Positions 1 to 8,481 of a DNA stretch of 47,029 nt are shown piece after piece. This DNA comes from a virus. Lineage: Duplodnaviria; Caudoviricetes. The number at the start of each line of letters is the position of its first letter. Within the stretch, counting starts at the first letter, position 1. A program made the position numbers and the translations under genes. The notes under the pieces are model-generated. The model did no database searches. It had not been told where the DNA came from and saw only the letters and a list, made by a program, of their open reading frames with translations. Location: positions 1 through 47,029 of IMG/VR virus record IMGVR_UViG_3300025875_000772. One strand, 5' to 3'.

Positions 1-246
1 ACCAACTTTCGGCGTCTGGCCCTGGACTACGAATTTACCCCCACTAGCCATGCCACGTGGCTGCTCGTCGCCAACTTGACCATCTGTCTCAATCGGCTAG
101 CGTGAATTCCCCAACACCCTCTTAAATTCAATCCTTTTAATATCCTAATAGTCAGCAACTAACCTTTCTTTCCCTCCCATACGTACTAGCACTAGCCAAG
201 CTCCTTAGCAATGCGCTTGCGCATCGCTCTTTTTCTACAACACACT

Positions 247-2082
247 ATGCCTGAAACTGACCTTTCTCCCGCTCCTACTACTACGCCAGACCAACCCGTA
301 CAGCCCGGTATGGGCGCTATTTCGCACGAGCACGGTACTACCTTTCGCGTGTGGGCTCCCTCGGCCGATGCCGTTTCGCTGGTAGGCCCTTTCAACGATT
401 GGAAGCACGATTCCTACCCTCTTACCCACGAAGCCGACGGTTACTGGGCCGCCGACTTCGCTGACCTCGGCCCCGGTACTGAGTACAAATTCTGGCTGGA
501 TACGCCTACCGGCCAGCTCACCCGCAACGACCCCTACGCCCGCCAGGTAACGCACTCGGCCGGCAACTCGGTGGTACTCGACCCAAATTTTGATTGGGAA
601 GATGACCATTTCGAGATGCCAGCCTGGAATGAGCTGGTGATTTACGAGCTGCACGTGGGCACCTTCAACGCCCCCGACCCCGAGAAGCCCGGCACGTTCT
701 ACGACGTGATTGAGAAGCTGGACTACCTGCGCGATATGGGCATCAATGCCATTGAGGTGATGCCGGCCACGGAGTTTCCGGGCGGCCGCTCCTGGGGCTA
801 CAACCCCGCCCACCCCTTTGCCCTGGAAACCGACTATGGCGGACCGCAGGCCTTTAAAGAGCTGGTGAAGCAGGCCCACCGCCACGGCATTGCCATTATT
901 CTGGACGTAGTATACAACCACTTCGGTCCCGGCGACCTGGACCTGTGGCAGTTTGATGGCTGGTCGGAAAACAACGGCGGCGGCATCTACTTCTACAACG
1001 ACTGGCGCGCCGAAACGCCCTGGGGCCACAACCGCCCTGACTTCGGCCGCGACGCCGTGCGCTACTACATCCGCGACAATGCCTTGATGTGGCTGGAGGA
1101 CTACCGCGTGGATGGCCTACGCGCCGATTCCATCTCCCACATTCGCAACGTAGACGGCTCCGAGGACCCCTCCCGCGACCTACCCGACGGCTGGTCGCTG
1201 ATGAAGTGGGTGAATGAGGAAATCCGTGAGCGTATGCCATGGAAGATTACCATTGCCGAGGACTTGCTGGGCAACGACTACATCACCCGCACGCCCGAGG
1301 ACGGCGGCCAGGGCTTCTCTACCCAGTGGGATTCGGCCTTCGTCTACCCCATTCGCCACGCCATCACGGCCTACTCCGACGAGGAGCGCGATATGCACGC
1401 GGTGGCGGCAGCCATTACCAAAGTGTATAACGGCGACGCCTTCCAGCGCGTCATCTATACCGAGTCGCACGATGAGGTAGCCAACGGCAAATCGCGCGTG
1501 ACGGAAGAAATCATGCCGGGCAATGCCCACACGTGGTTTCCGAAGAAGCGGGCTACCCTGGGTGCCGCGCTGGTGTTCACGTCGCCCGGTATTCCGATGA
1601 TATTCCAAGGGCAGGCTATGCTGGCCGACGGCTTCTTCTCCGACGACCAGCCCCTGAACTGGGAGCACGCCGAGCAGCACAGCGGCCTCGTGCAGCTCTA
1701 CCGCGATATGGCGGCGCTGCGGCGCAACTTCCACGGCAACACGCGCGGCCTGATGGGGCAGTACGTGGATGTATTCCACCTCAACAACGAGAACAAAGTA
1801 CTTGCCTTTGCCCGCCGCGACCAGGGCGGCCCCGGCGACACGACTATTGTACTCGCCAATTTCGCCAATCAAGCCTACGATGCCTATGCCATCGGCCTAC
1901 CCCGCAACGGCGAATGGCACGTGCGCTTCAACTCCGACTGGGAAGGCTACGACGAAGAATTCGGCAATTTCCAGAGCACTGGCACGCACGCAGAGGAAGG
2001 AATTTACGACGACCAACCCTACTATGGCACCTTTGGCCTAGCGCCCTATTCCGTGCTGATTATCTCGCAAGACCCTCACTAA
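247..2082 (+). CDS. Host GH13 glycoside hydrolase with N-terminal CBM48 (branching-enzyme / malto-oligosyltrehalose trehalohydrolase-like)
   Basis: Motifs TFRVWAP, IYELHVGTF, SWGYNP, LDVVYNH, DGLRAD, IAED, SHDEV. Start at ATG 247 preferred over ORF-track 211. Confidence 0.93.
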   Translation: MPETDLSPAPTTTPDQPVQPGMGAISHEHGTTFRVWAPSADAVSLVGPFNDWKHDSYPLTHEADGYWAADFADLGPGTEYKFWLDTPTGQLTRNDPYARQVTHSAGNSVVLDPNFDWEDDHFEMPAWNELVIYELHVGTFNAPDPEKPGTFYDVIEKLDYLRDMGINAIEVMPATEFPGGRSWGYNPAHPFALETDYGGPQAFKELVKQAHRHGIAIILDVVYNHFGPGDLDLWQFDGWSENNGGGIYFYNDWRAETPWGHNRPDFGRDAVRYYIRDNALMWLEDYRVDGLRADSISHIRNVDGSEDPSRDLPDGWSLMKWVNEEIRERMPWKITIAEDLLGNDYITRTPEDGGQGFSTQWDSAFVYPIRHAITAYSDEERDMHAVAAAITKVYNGDAFQRVIYTESHDEVANGKSRVTEEIMPGNAHTWFPKKRATLGAALVFTSPGIPMIFQGQAMLADGFFSDDQPLNWEHAEQHSGLVQLYRDMAALRRNFHGNTRGLMGQYVDVFHLNNENKVLAFARRDQGGPGDTTIVLANFANQAYDAYAIGLPRNGEWHVRFNSDWEGYDEEFGNFQSTGTHAEEGIYDDQPYYGTFGLAPYSVLIISQDPH

Positions 2083-2108
2083 GAAGGTAACTACTTGTTT
2101 TTCTGCCC

Positions 2109-2129
2109 GGTAGCACCTAGTGCGCTACC
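2109..2129. terminator. Hairpin between convergent host gene and repressor
   Basis: GGTAGC...GCTACC stem between two stop codons. Confidence 0.4.
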
Positions 2130-2149
2130 TGTGGTAACCAATCTGGTAA

Positions 2150-2869
2150 CTACGCGGCGTGTTCCGATACCACCTTGTGCATCCGGCGCTGACGCGCGGG
2201 GGCGGTGAAGATGGGACGCACAACACAGCCTTCCTCCAATGCCTGAGCCTCGTCGATTTGTTCGGCGGGGCTCACGTGCATTACAGGGGCGAAGGTGCCA
2301 GGGGCGTACTGATTACCGCTAGACTTTCCCAGTAACAGCGAGAGCTGCTCTTGGCATACGCGGTTGGATCGCTGCGACTCTTCCAGGGCACGATATACCT
2401 TGTCGAGCTGATTGCGCAGGTTGTCCTTTTCGACCTTGTGGCCGTCTATCTCGCGTAGTAGGCCCGCAATAAATTCCTTGGCGTTGCTGGCAGCGGGTGC
2501 AGGCGCGTCGGCTGGGCGGTGCTGGGCGTCCATGTCTTCCATGTTGCCGAGGGGCAGGGCTTTTCCTAGGGCGCCTGGCTGAAGCACCGTAGCCCCCTGC
2601 TTGTTGACTTCGCCGCCGGGAACGAAGGGCGCGAGGCTGCGGCCGTCGCGGAGCATGGAGCCGGTACCCCACAGTACATAGTCTGGGTTGATGTCGGGAT
2701 ATGCTTGCTGAATCGCAAGCATAACAGCGCTACTGGGCCTAGAGCCGCGTTGCTTAATAGCCGATATAGTAGCGGGCTTTATGCCAACTGACTCCGCAAA
2801 AGCACTAGCGTTCTTTATGCTCTTAGAGGACCAGAAAAGCTCCAATCTCTGATAGGGTGTAGTTTCCAT
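2150..2869 (-). CDS. CI-like XRE HTH repressor with coiled-coil C-terminus; no S24 peptidase domain seen
   Basis: ASAFAESVGIKPATISAIK...INPDYVLWGTGSM HTH signature; divergent from the early operon. Confidence 0.85.
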   Translation of the reverse strand: METTPYQRLELFWSSKSIKNASAFAESVGIKPATISAIKQRGSRPSSAVMLAIQQAYPDINPDYVLWGTGSMLRDGRSLAPFVPGGEVNKQGATVLQPGALGKALPLGNMEDMDAQHRPADAPAPAASNAKEFIAGLLREIDGHKVEKDNLRNQLDKVYRALEESQRSNRVCQEQLSLLLGKSSGNQYAPGTFAPVMHVSPAEQIDEAQALEEGCVVRPIFTAPARQRRMHKVVSEHAA

Positions 2870-2886
2870 ATTTTTGTGTGCAAATG

Positions 2887-2983
2887 TTGAATATTCAAAA
2901 CTTGTGTAGTACATTTACTGTACAACCTGTGGCATATAATACATATGCATGGTGCAATATTACGAATACATTTGAAATTTCAA
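2887..2983. promoter_or_regulatory. Lysis/lysogeny switch: two 12-bp palindromic operators and a TACATTTG -7 box
   Basis: TTGAATATTCAA 2887-2898, TTGAAATTTCAA 2972-2983, TACATTTG 2967-2974. Confidence 0.65.
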
Positions 2984-2998
2984 CAAACGAACGAAAAA

Positions 2999-3229
2999 AT
3001 GGCAAACAAAAAAGTGCCCCGTCGTGATGAATTTGAGACAGAGATTGATCTTCTCGTCCCGAACCTGCCACGTAACTATGCTGGTATTGTGCGTCATTAC
3101 CGCCCAGACCTGCCAAAGCGCCGGATTTATGACACTCGACACAAGAAGGTTGTTGATTTTGAAATTCTAAATGAGTTGAAGCGCGTGGCCCGCGAGTCAA
3201 AGTCTGCCCAGCAACTTGTAAACGCCTAA
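2999..3229 (+). CDS. Cro-position small DNA-binding protein
   Basis: First gene divergent from the repressor, basic; start MANKKV lies just after the promoter. Confidence 0.65.
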   Translation: MANKKVPRRDEFETEIDLLVPNLPRNYAGIVRHYRPDLPKRRIYDTRHKKVVDFEILNELKRVARESKSAQQLVNA

Positions 3230-3232
3230 GTC

Positions 3233-3958
3233 ATGCAAGAGCTAATCCCAATTAACAAAAGCGCGGGCGGTAAGGACATCGTATCGGGTCGGCTGCTGCA
3301 CGAGTTCCTTGAATCAAAACAGGATTTTACGGACTGGATTAAGGCCCGTATTGCTAAGTATGATTTTCTAGAAGGCTCCGACTTCTCCATAATTTTAGGG
3401 AGGAGTGATGCTAATCGTCAAACAACTGAGTATGTGCTTACTCTGGACATGGCAAAGGAACTGGCAATGGTAGAGGGCAATGATAAAGGCAAGCAGGCGC
3501 GGCGTTATTTCATCGCCTGCGAGAAGAAGCTGCGCGCCATAGCTGAGGCTCCGCGCCCATCTCTACCGACATCCTACAAAGAAGCGTTGGCCGCATTGCT
3601 CATAGAGGTCGAACAAAAAGAGAAACTAGAGCAAGAACTTGCGCTGGCAGCGCCAGCCGTAGCATTCAAGCAGATTATATCTGATTCAAAAGACCTGCTT
3701 TCGATTGGTGAGCTGGCAAAGACACTGAATATTCCGAAGGTTGGCCGCACCATATTCTTTCGCTGGCTACGTCGTGATGGCTATTTGATGCGCAACAACC
3801 AGCCTTATCAGAAGCACATTGAAAAAGGCCTTTTCGTGGTGAAGCAGCGGGTTTTAGAGCAGCGTAGCGAGAACAATAATTTGCAATCTCAGACGATGCT
3901 TACCGGCAAAGGAGTAATCGAGCTTACTAACCGCTACAAGCCCACTCCTTCTTTGTGA
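3233..3958 (+). CDS. Antirepressor (AntA/AntB N-terminus plus ANT/KilAC C-terminus)
   Basis: VSGRLLHEFL...FTDWIK...LDMAKELAM...ARRYFI; LPTSYKEAL; GRTIFFRWLR...PYQKHI...TGKG. Confidence 0.92.
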   Translation: MQELIPINKSAGGKDIVSGRLLHEFLESKQDFTDWIKARIAKYDFLEGSDFSIILGRSDANRQTTEYVLTLDMAKELAMVEGNDKGKQARRYFIACEKKLRAIAEAPRPSLPTSYKEALAALLIEVEQKEKLEQELALAAPAVAFKQIISDSKDLLSIGELAKTLNIPKVGRTIFFRWLRRDGYLMRNNQPYQKHIEKGLFVVKQRVLEQRSENNNLQSQTMLTGKGVIELTNRYKPTPSL

Positions 3959-4046
3959 CCATACTTTCAAAACTTGTTGATAAATAGTTTTTATAATTCA
4001 ACAAGCGTTGTATATTTGATTCAACAAACGCCATACTCCCTCTCCC

Positions 4047-4256
4047 ATGAAAAAGAAGAATCGCGCTGCGGGGCGCTTAGCCCGCCAAGAGGCCTTGATT
4101 CAGCGCATCGCTACTGCGGTGTGGGCGTCTCAGCCGAAGGTGGATTATCAATCTCTCCACGGCGGTGCGCCTCTAATAGTTCAGCTACCCGATTCGTCTC
4201 ATCCTTCGCTACCTGCTGAAGCTCTGTCTGAATATCGGCGGGCTCGCCTTTCGTGA
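4047..4256 (+). CDS. Hypothetical protein
   Basis: ATG shortly after TATATTTG (4011-4018); overlaps a minus-strand ORF, so uncertain. Confidence 0.4.
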   Translation: MKKKNRAAGRLARQEALIQRIATAVWASQPKVDYQSLHGGAPLIVQLPDSSHPSLPAEALSEYRRARLS

Positions 4257-4353
4257 GGTGCGCCAAAATGCGGCTTTGCGCAACAAGCTGCGCGTGAAGT
4301 AAGCCCGATTGAACCTGCATCTCGATGAGCAAAAGCTCTAGTGGTGAATCCAT
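4111..4353 (-). CDS. Hypothetical helical protein antisense to the early operon
   Basis: MDSPLELLLIEMQ..., amphipathic helical composition. Confidence 0.45.
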   Translation of the reverse strand: MDSPLELLLIEMQVQSGLLHAQLVAQSRILAHLTKGEPADIQTELQQVAKDETNRVAELLEAHRRGEIDNPPSAETPTPQ

Positions 4354-4411
4354 CTGATTTGAATTGCTAGTGCTCTGCAAGATAACGGCACATCAACAAA
4401 CACCCCACCCC

Positions 4412-4591
4412 ATGGAACGCCTCACCTATCCCTGCGACACCGATACCCCACTTCCAGACTCAGAGCTGATGTTTCCCTCGCCTGAGCCTGACAACGGCCC
4501 CAAGATGCTGGGCTTAGTCTTCGTGCTGCTGCCTATCGGTGCCGCTATGTGGGGTATCCTCTACTGCCTGTTCCGCTACTTCCATGGCTAG
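4412..4591 (+). CDS. Small membrane protein
   Basis: C-terminal hydrophobic stretch MLGLVFVLLPIGAAMWGILYCLF. Confidence 0.6.
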   Translation: MERLTYPCDTDTPLPDSELMFPSPEPDNGPKMLGLVFVLLPIGAAMWGILYCLFRYFHG

Positions 4592-4757
4592 CATCCGAGC
4601 AAATGGCAGCCCCCGGGTGGTAGCCGCCCGCACGGTGTTTCTCAGCGCCTACAACGCCTGGGATAAGGAGCCAACCCACGCCACTGCCGAACGCCTACGA
4701 GAGGCTGAGCGCCAGATGCAAACCGCGCTGCGCTACCCGATTGGCGACCCTGAATAA
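4584..4757 (+). CDS. Hypothetical protein
   Basis: ATG overlaps the end of the upstream gene; co-oriented with the operon. Confidence 0.55.
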   Translation: MASIRANGSPRVVAARTVFLSAYNAWDKEPTHATAERLREAERQMQTALRYPIGDPE

Positions 4758-4787
4758 GCTACCTCTTACCTCTTCATTCTCAACACT

Positions 4788-5162
4788 ATGGCAACTAAAA
4801 ACAAGTATCGCCAAGGCAAGATCACCAACTACCCAATGCCCTACCATTTCAATGAGGCAGAAATGCTTCAGCTGGGGCAAGACCTTCCAGCGCAACTGAA
4901 AGAAGTGCGAGAGAAGCAGGCGCAGGCCAAGAAAGTAGCCAAGGCTTGGAAAGATGAAATCGAAATGGCGCAGGGCATCGCCTACATGACAGAGCATAAG
5001 CTAGAAGCGGGCATGGAGTTTCGGCCTGTAGCGGCACGTCTCATTGTCAATTTCCAAGATGGTGTGCGAGAATACTACGCTGTAGACGGAGATGATCTAC
5101 TCGGTACTGAGCCAATGCAGCCAGGAGATGAGCAGCTCACAATCAACGATTTCGAAGACTAG
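4788..5162 (+). CDS. Hypothetical phage protein
   Basis: 124-aa ORF in the early operon with a coiled-coil centre. Confidence 0.75.
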   Translation: MATKNKYRQGKITNYPMPYHFNEAEMLQLGQDLPAQLKEVREKQAQAKKVAKAWKDEIEMAQGIAYMTEHKLEAGMEFRPVAARLIVNFQDGVREYYAVDGDDLLGTEPMQPGDEQLTINDFED

Positions 5163-5204
5163 TCCTACCACCTTCAATCTCTTACCTCTTCATTCTCAAC
5201 AGCC

Positions 5205-5402
5205 ATGCAAGAAGACCGCAAAGCTTCTGCTTTCCAAAAGCGCAAGGCGCGCAACCTGCTCAGTAACGCCAAGATTTCTGAAACCGAGCGCCGCGAATGG
5301 GGCCTGCTGGTATCGGTCATGTCGAGCGAAGGCATTGAGCGCACCATTGCCCATTGCCAGCAACTGATTCAGCAACGCGGTGGCATCCTGGCGCATGCAT
5401 AA
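5205..5402 (+). CDS. Small protein resembling the helical repeat in the Bet C-terminus
   Basis: ASAFQKRKARNLLSNAKISETER...MSSEGIERTI pattern. Confidence 0.6.
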   Translation: MQEDRKASAFQKRKARNLLSNAKISETERREWGLLVSVMSSEGIERTIAHCQQLIQQRGGILAHA

Positions 5403-5552
5403 GCAAATGGCCCCTGTATTCACGTGCCGCATGTCGCTGGCGCAGTTGCTCACCGAGTTACGCGCCCTCTCCCGGCTCCGCTAAAAGCGAAGGGGCCGCA
5501 CTCTGACACAGCGCGGCCCCTTCCAATACTTCATTATCAACCCTGCAAAGTT

Positions 5553-6080
5553 ATGCAAGAAATCTGGAAAGATATCGCAGGAGCCGAAGGCTTCTACGAA
5601 ACCAGTAACCTAGGAAAGGTCCGCAGCAAGGACCGGATAGTTATAGGCCGGCGCTACGTCGGCAAGGAGTTAGCCGCCATCATTACGAATAATGGCTATG
5701 TGCGTGCTGGTCTATCCGGCAAAGGAGGTGTGCAATACGTGCACCGCCTCGTAGCGCAGGCTTTTCTTCCTAACCCGTCTGGCTTTACGCAAGTCAATCA
5801 CATCAACGGTGATAAGACGGATAACCGTGCTGTGAACCTGGAATGGTGTAATAACGGCCAAAACCAGCAGCACGCTTACGATCATCTTGGCAAGTCTCGG
5901 AAGGGCCGCATAAGCGGCGAGGCGCATTATAACAGCCGCTTTTCTGACGCTGAAATAATCGCAATACGCGACCAAAAAGGATCCGCTCCTACCCATGTAG
6001 TCGCTGCTCAATTCAACACCAGCAGTGCCAATGTCAGCCTTATCTGGAATAACAAAACGCGCAAGTCATGTCTAATCTAA
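5553..6080 (+). CDS. NUMOD4-HNH homing endonuclease
   Basis: EIWKDI...YETSNLGKVRS (NUMOD4); VHRLVAQAF...VNHINGDKTDNRAVNLEWC (HNH_3). Confidence 0.92.
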   Translation: MQEIWKDIAGAEGFYETSNLGKVRSKDRIVIGRRYVGKELAAIITNNGYVRAGLSGKGGVQYVHRLVAQAFLPNPSGFTQVNHINGDKTDNRAVNLEWCNNGQNQQHAYDHLGKSRKGRISGEAHYNSRFSDAEIIAIRDQKGSAPTHVVAAQFNTSSANVSLIWNNKTRKSCLI

Positions 6081-7789
6081 GCATCCAAACTACTGCCGTC
6101 GCTGCCCACTCTTTAGAATACAATAAAGAGCAAATTGAACTTATTAAGAATACAGTAGCGAAAGGTGCGACAGACAATGAGTTAGCGCTGTTTCTGCACA
6201 TCGCAAAAACTTATGGACTGGACCCTTTTATAAAAGAGGTGTGGTGCATTAAGTATCGCACCACCGACGCGGCCACCATCATGACCAGCCGGGACGGCTA
6301 CCTGAAGATTGCCAACCTGCACCCCAAGATGGATAGTCTGGTGTCGGACACCGTGTGTGAGCAGGACGAGGTAGAGAAGCAGCAAGACGGTTCGGTAGTC
6401 GTGCGCTACGGCCGGCCGCGGGGCATCGTGATTGGTGCCTACGCGCTGGTGTACCGCACCGACCGCAGCCGCCCAGTGTATGCCTACGCGCCGCTCTCGG
6501 AGTACAAAGGCGGCTCCCCTATCTGGCAGAAATACCCCTCGGCCATGATTCTAAAGGTAGCTGAGTCGATGGCCCTGAAACGGGCGTTCTCCATCTCGGG
6601 CCTCGTGACCCAGGAGGAAATCGATATGCAGGCGCCGGCCGAGGCGGGCACCAGTGCCACCGTGGTAGAAGAAGCAAAGCAGGCCGTGGCCTCCATTGAC
6701 TACGCCACCCCGCACCAGCTGGACGAAATCTGCGGGCTACTGAACCACCCCACCATTACGGTGCAGGAGAAGACCAAGATGCTCCTGAACATCAACCGTC
6801 TGGATACCGAGCGCGCTGCACAGGCTATCGTAAAGTTGCGCCAGGCCATTGAAGACCGTTCGGCTGAGGGCACCGAGCCCGACACGGAGTATACCGTTGT
6901 TGCCAGTGCCGAGGTAGTAGAGCAGCCCACAGAGGCCGCTCCCGAGCCCGCCCCGCGTAAGCGTCAGATGATGAGCGACGAGCAGAATGCGACGCTTACC
7001 GCCGTGTTGCAACACGAGTTGCTGAAGCCCCACGAAAAGAACGGCCTCACCATTTCAATGAAGTCGTTCACCTTCAAACAGGCGCAGGATTCTATTGAGA
7101 AGTGGGAGAAAGAGATTCCGAAGCGTGAAGCGAAAGCGGCTGCACAAGCTAGCGGCCCAACCCCAGAGCAGATAGAGCAGGCCGAGACCGAGCAAAAGGC
7201 TGCCGTAGGTGCGTTGTATGATTTCGTGATAGAGCACGACAACGTGCTGGCTATCGAAGACTACCGCCGCTTTACGAGCCTGCTGGACTCTAATGTTGAT
7301 AAGCTGGTACCAGCCAAGAAGCTACGTGATGCCCTGGCAGAAGCTCAGGCACTGGTAGCAAAAAAGGCCGAGCCGGCCGAAGCACCGACCGCCGCGCCAG
7401 CTTCCGCAACGCCGGCTCCCTCCGCTGGACCAGAGCTAAGCAATACCCCAGCCCCTTCCCAGGAAGAAGCTAGAGAGGCTAAGCTGAAGCAGATTATCCA
7501 ACTGCTCACCAGCCATCATGTCACGGAAGGTGAACGGTCAAAGATGCTGCTGAACCTGAACAAGCTCTCGCTAGAAAGAGCAGACGAATCTATTGCCAAG
7601 CTAGACCTCACGATTGCGCGCCGGGCATTCTGCGCCTACGCCAACGAGCATGCTGCTGTGATTGGTGAAGCGGAGCACCAACGTGCCATGAAGCGCTGCG
7701 AGTCGCTGACGGCTGCCGCCTTTGAGTTCGAAGAGGAACTGGACTGGCTGAAAGAATTCGTGCAATCCAAAGGCAAGCAAGCGGCTTAA
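6068..7789 (+). CDS. bet: Bet/RecT-family ssDNA-annealing recombinase with long repetitive C-terminal extension
   Basis: AKGATDNELALFLHIAKTYGLDPF, SRDGYLKIA, W...PSAMILKVAESMALKRAF. Confidence 0.9.
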   Translation: MSNLSIQTTAVAAHSLEYNKEQIELIKNTVAKGATDNELALFLHIAKTYGLDPFIKEVWCIKYRTTDAATIMTSRDGYLKIANLHPKMDSLVSDTVCEQDEVEKQQDGSVVVRYGRPRGIVIGAYALVYRTDRSRPVYAYAPLSEYKGGSPIWQKYPSAMILKVAESMALKRAFSISGLVTQEEIDMQAPAEAGTSATVVEEAKQAVASIDYATPHQLDEICGLLNHPTITVQEKTKMLLNINRLDTERAAQAIVKLRQAIEDRSAEGTEPDTEYTVVASAEVVEQPTEAAPEPAPRKRQMMSDEQNATLTAVLQHELLKPHEKNGLTISMKSFTFKQAQDSIEKWEKEIPKREAKAAAQASGPTPEQIEQAETEQKAAVGALYDFVIEHDNVLAIEDYRRFTSLLDSNVDKLVPAKKLRDALAEAQALVAKKAEPAEAPTAAPASATPAPSAGPELSNTPAPSQEEAREAKLKQIIQLLTSHHVTEGERSKMLLNLNKLSLERADESIAKLDLTIARRAFCAYANEHAAVIGEAEHQRAMKRCESLTAAAFEFEEELDWLKEFVQSKGKQAA

Positions 7790-7793
7790 GAAC

Positions 7794-8396
7794 ATGGAAG
7801 CACTACGCGACATCACCGTGTTCGATTTCGAAACGACTGGCACCTGCCCCCGCCGTAACCGCGTCCTGGAAGTAGCAGCTATCCGCTACAAGGATTTCCA
7901 GCCGGTGGCCCTGTTCAACACCTTCGTTCGCTTCGAAGAAGGTGTGCCCGCCTCCATCACCAACATTACCGGCATCACGTCGGAGCAGGTGGCAGATGCC
8001 ATGCCCGAGCGCACGGCCCTGGCGGTGCTGCGCAACCTGGCCGCTGGCTCTACACTGGTAGCCCACAACGCTGGCTTTGACCTGAGCTTCCTGCACTTTG
8101 CTGGTGAACGCCTCGGCGCGAAGGAAGGGATTAACAACCCTTTCCTGTGCACGATGACCATCGCACGGCAGCGCTACCCCTACCCACATAAGCTAGGTGT
8201 CTGCTGTGAGCGGCTGGGCATTAAGGCTGATGGAGCGCACCGTGCGCTGGCTGACGTGGAGATGTGCTTTCAGTTGCTGAAGGCCATGCACGAAGCGGCG
8301 CCCGTGCAGCCTGAGCTGCTGAACACGCTGGGCTATATCAAGCGCTACGGTGGCCCAGAGTGGCACCCGCACTACGCGAAGCTCCTGCCCCAATAA
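7794..8396 (+). CDS. DEDDh 3'-5' exonuclease (DnaQ-like)
   Basis: DFETTG, AHNAGFD, HRALADV. Confidence 0.92.
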   Translation: MEALRDITVFDFETTGTCPRRNRVLEVAAIRYKDFQPVALFNTFVRFEEGVPASITNITGITSEQVADAMPERTALAVLRNLAAGSTLVAHNAGFDLSFLHFAGERLGAKEGINNPFLCTMTIARQRYPYPHKLGVCCERLGIKADGAHRALADVEMCFQLLKAMHEAAPVQPELLNTLGYIKRYGGPEWHPHYAKLLPQ

Positions 8397-8404
8397 GCCC
8401 GACT

Positions 8405-8431
8405 ACCCCGCGCCGTGGGTGCGGGGTCTTT
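8405..8431 (+). terminator. Possible intrinsic terminator
   Basis: ACCCCGCGCC-gtg-GGTGCGGGGT followed by CTTT. Confidence 0.5.
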
Positions 8432-8481
8432 CGGTGCCTTTCCTAACGCATTGTACAATAACTATCTAACATCATTTCGCT

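Noticed and set aside
235-1872. Long antisense ORFs over the GH13 gene (likewise over the tape measure, capsid and portal genes)
   Set aside because: Typical shadow ORFs of GC-rich coding sequence.
2083-2150. tRNA or tmRNA integration target
   Set aside because: No cloverleaf or T-loop consensus recognised here or elsewhere in the window.
5424-5552. Long N-terminus of the HNH gene
   Set aside because: The NUMOD4 motif starts at MQEIWK (5553); the upstream part is probably non-coding.
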